The translations under genes were made by a program, and so were the position numbers. The notes under the pieces were generated by a model that made no database searches, was not told the origin of the DNA, and was given only the letters and a program-made list of their open reading frames with translations. This document shows positions 61,215 through 64,000 of a DNA stretch of 64,000 nucleotides, in pieces. Source of the DNA: Candidatus Latescibacterota bacterium (lineage in GTDB: Bacteria > Latescibacterota > UBA2968 > UBA8231); contig CBDCXV010000011.1 in NCBI GenBank assembly GCA_965223905.1, positions 672,001 to 736,000 on the forward strand. The letters are read 5' to 3'. Numbering within the stretch: position 1 is the stretch's first letter; every line of letters starts with the position of its first letter.

Positions 61215-62090
61215 CTAATTGCGGCTCATGCGCGCCTTGAAAAAGTGGATGAGCGGCTCGATGTAGGAAGCGGACGTATCGACGCGTACCTCGTCGACAC
61301 CGAGGCTTCGGAACAGCCGTTGTCGAGCTGCCGCGGCGCGGGCCTCGGCAGCCTGAAAAGCCTCGCGTACGCGGGGGTCGCCGCTGTCGACGAGAATCTG
61401 GTCGCCGGTTTCGGCGTCGTGCAAGGTAAGCATGCCGGCGTCGGGAAGCTCCGCCTCGCGTGGATCGACGAGGTTGATCGCTATGGTGTCGTGACTCCGG
61501 CTCAAACGCCGCAGCGCCGGCTCGTAGCCGTTGTCGCGGAAGTCGGAGATAATGAACATCACCCCGCGGCGGTGTACCACCCGGTCGAGGTATTCCAGCG
61601 CCGTGGCGAGTGAGGTCCGGCGCCCGCGAGGTTCGAAATAGAGCAGTTCGCGGATCACGCGCAGGACGTGGCGGCGCCCCTTCTTCGGCGGCACGAAGAC
61701 CTCGACCGCGTCCGTGAAGATCAGCAGCCCTACGCGGTCGTTGTTCTTTATGGCGGAAAAAGCGAGCAGCGCCGAAATCTCGACCCCGATCTCCCCCTTC
61801 ATCTTGTCGGCGCTGCCGAAGGCGCCCGACCCGCTGGCGTCGACCACCAGCAGAACCGTCAGCTCCCGCTCCTCGTCGAAAAGCTTGACGAACGGCCGGC
61901 CTGCCCGGGCAGTTACGTTCCAGTCGATGCTGCGAACGTCGTCCCCCTGATGGTACTCGCGAACCTCGGCGAACTCCATTCCACGCCCCTTGAACACCGA
62001 GTGGTATTCACCGGCGAACAAGCTGTTGACGACGCTGCGAGTGTGAATCTCGATCAGCCGGACCTTGTCGAATATTTCCTTGGGAATCAA
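61215..62090 (-). CDS. DUF58 domain protein
   Basis: GEYHSVFKGRGMEFAEVREY..GDDVRSIDWNVTAR. Confidence 0.93.
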   Translation of the reverse strand: MIPKEIFDKVRLIEIHTRSVVNSLFAGEYHSVFKGRGMEFAEVREYHQGDDVRSIDWNVTARAGRPFVKLFDEERELTVLLVVDASGSGAFGSADKMKGEIGVEISALLAFSAIKNNDRVGLLIFTDAVEVFVPPKKGRRHVLRVIRELLYFEPRGRRTSLATALEYLDRVVHRRGVMFIISDFRDNGYEPALRRLSRSHDTIAINLVDPREAELPDAGMLTLHDAETGDQILVDSGDPRVREAFQAAEARAAAARQRLFRSLGVDEVRVDTSASYIEPLIHFFKARMSRN

Positions 62091-62097
62091 GTCGACC

Positions 62098-63093
62098 TCA
62101 CGGAACCTCGACGCCGTCGAACAACCGCCTGACGATCTCCTCGGAGTCGATCTCCTCGGCCTCTGCTTCGTAGCTGACTGCGATGCGATGGCGCAGCACG
62201 TCGGCGCCGACCGCCTTGACGTCTTCCGGGGTTACGTACCCCCGCCTGCGGATGAAGGCGTGGGCCCGGGCCGCCCGCACCAAAAAAATCGTCGCCCTGG
62301 GAGAGGACCCGAATTCGATGAGAGCGGCGAGCTCGGACATTCCCGCACCAGCGGGGTTGCGAGTCGCGTGCACGAGGTCGACAGCGTAGTCCTTGATCTT
62401 GTCGTCGACATACACCAGGCGCACCGAGTTGCGGAGCGTGCGTATGTCGTCGAGTGAAACCACCGGCTCGACCTCGATGTCGCCGTCCTCGGCCATGCGA
62501 TCGAGAATGGAACGCTCTTCCTCGCGCGACGGATATCCGACCTTGACCTTGAGCATGAAACGGTCGATCTGCGCCTCGGGGAGCGGGTAGGTGCCCTCCT
62601 GCTCAATCGGGTTTTGCGTCGCCATCACCAGAAACGGGTCGTCCAGGGGATAAGTTTCGTCGCCGATCGTCACCTGGCGTTCCTGCATCGACTCGAGAAG
62701 AGCGCTCTGCACCTTCGCAGGGGCCCGGTTTACCTCGTCTGCGAGCACGAGGTTTGCGAATATCGGGCCCTTCTTCGGCCGGAAGGAACCCGAGATCTGA
62801 TCGAAGATGAGCGTGCCCGTCAGATCCGCGGGGAGCAAGTCGGGGGTGAACTGGAGCCGCTTGAACTCTCCGCCGATGATCCTGGAAAGGGTGCTCACCG
62901 TCAGTGTCTTGGCCAGTCCAGGAACTCCCTCAAGCAGGACATGGCCGTTGCACAGAAGCCCGATGACGAGACGCTCCACCATGTGGCGCTGGCCGACGAC
63001 CACACGGTCCATCTGTTGCAGGATGCGATCGACCGCCTGGGAATCCCTATGGACGCGTTCCGTTATCGCGTTTATGTCGGTATCGATCGTCAC
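62098..63093 (-). CDS. moxR: MoxR family AAA+ ATPase
   Basis: HVLLEGVPGLAKT, RLQFTPDLLPAD, DEVNRAPAKVQSALLE, ATQNPIEQEGTYPLPEAQ. Confidence 0.96.
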   Translation of the reverse strand: MTIDTDINAITERVHRDSQAVDRILQQMDRVVVGQRHMVERLVIGLLCNGHVLLEGVPGLAKTLTVSTLSRIIGGEFKRLQFTPDLLPADLTGTLIFDQISGSFRPKKGPIFANLVLADEVNRAPAKVQSALLESMQERQVTIGDETYPLDDPFLVMATQNPIEQEGTYPLPEAQIDRFMLKVKVGYPSREEERSILDRMAEDGDIEVEPVVSLDDIRTLRNSVRLVYVDDKIKDYAVDLVHATRNPAGAGMSELAALIEFGSSPRATIFLVRAARAHAFIRRRGYVTPEDVKAVGADVLRHRIAVSYEAEAEEIDSEEIVRRLFDGVEVP

Positions 63094-63266
63094 GAAAACC
63101 TGCCTGCGCCCGGCGACTGCCGTCGGGACGTGACGCGACGCCTGGTTTCTTTTTTCAGCCCTGCTGGTTGCCCGATACGGGCGTTGGTGGGAGGATCTCC
63201 GGTCCGGTGGGTGAGAGGAACTGCCTCGGTCATCAGTTATTTTTTTGGTGAAAACGGGAGTCGGCT

Positions 63267-63797
63267 TTACGGCGAGCTTGCCCCTTCCTGGAACTTGACC
63301 CATTCCTCGGGAGACTTGCCGACGTTGGGCAACAGCCGCCGGGCGCTGGCGGCCAGTTCCGAATCGGGATAACGGTCGATCACCAAACGATAGGACTCAC
63401 GGGCGCGCGCGTATTCTTCGAGGTACTCCTCGGAGATGAACCCGATCATGAACTGGGCGTCGTCGGCGTACTCGCTGCTGGCGTACTCCTCGAGCAGCCG
63501 TTCGTAATGCCCGATCGCGCCTCGCATATCCCCCTCCTGCTGAGTGATCATTGCCAGCATTCGGAGTGCTTTCGGAGCGGACTCGTGCCGCGGATAGCGT
63601 TCGAGGAAATCGCCGAACCGTGCGACCGCCACGTCCAGCGAGGTGCTGTCGGTCCCAGCGGCCCGCGCCGCGGCTTCGGCGGCCGCCATCGCCTGTTCCG
63701 GGGTGTCCTGCGAACAGGCGGTCCAGATCAAACAGGTCGCGGCGGCAACCGCCATGGTCGCACGGCCGATCTGCCGGGATTCCCTGGGCGATCCCAT
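63267..63797 (-). CDS. TPR lipoprotein (BamD/CpoB-like)
   Basis: Lipobox WTAC; TPR motifs FLERYP, YADDAQFMIGF, VIDRYPDS. Confidence 0.75.
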   Translation of the reverse strand: MGSPRESRQIGRATMAVAAATCLIWTACSQDTPEQAMAAAEAAARAAGTDSTSLDVAVARFGDFLERYPRHESAPKALRMLAMITQQEGDMRGAIGHYERLLEEYASSEYADDAQFMIGFISEEYLEEYARARESYRLVIDRYPDSELAASARRLLPNVGKSPEEWVKFQEGASSP

Positions 63798-63865
63798 ATT
63801 CGACCCACGGACCGACCTGCGGTTCCAGAACTGCGAGCTGCTGGCGTTGTTTTCGGCTGGGTTGT

Positions 63866-64000
63866 TCAATCTTCCCTGGAGGCCTTTTTTTTCCCGCCCC
63901 TGCTGTCGGCGTTTCCGGAACTGCTCGCCTTGCCGTCGGATTTGTCCGGCTTGTCCGAAGACGGACTCGACTCCTTCGCCGCTTTCTCCGCCTGCTTGTA
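63866..64000 (-). CDS. C-terminal end of a CDS, possibly FmdB-type zinc-ribbon protein
   Basis: Open frame YKQAEKAAKESSPSSDKPDKS...KKKASRED*; low-complexity Lys/Ser tail. Confidence 0.4.
   Translation of the reverse strand, partial: YKQAEKAAKESSPSSDKPDKSDGKASSSGNADSRGGKKKASRED

Overview
GC-rich bacterial chromosomal window. FlgD-Ig C-terminal domains, 'SWGxIK' C-terminal tails, Bat/Gld operons and many FN3/cadherin repeats suggest an FCB-group lineage such as Latescibacterota, possibly host-associated (inference only). Positions 1-3.8 kb and 33-64 kb are mostly core genes: SDR, CysQ/IMPase, PolX-PHP, Gfo/Idh/MocA, an RNase II-like protein, an enolase-family enzyme, S1/P1-like nuclease, RraA, ssb, recG, an orphan murG-HEAT/mraY pair, and a moxR-DUF58-gldAFG-DUF4340-batABCDE operon. 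Between them is a ~29 kb accessory island with nested IS66 elements, an ISL3, an IS5 remnant and two remnants of one transposase-like family at its edges. Its core is a tandem array (~7.5-22.3 kb) of two-gene units: a small secreted protein A (YLPLAVGNSWTY...SSWGxxK) overlapping an M6-like metzincin protease B. The copies are sequence mosaics of one another, most B copies stop after the catalytic head plus FN3/cadherin, and each intact A is preceded by GCATGAATCAC. The array is followed by a duplicated sigma54 promoter module and a ~2500-aa M6 protease/adhesin with a FlgD-Ig CTD. The best candidate novel system is a recombination-diversified cassette array of secreted protease heads, each with a cognate partner (possibly an inhibitor).
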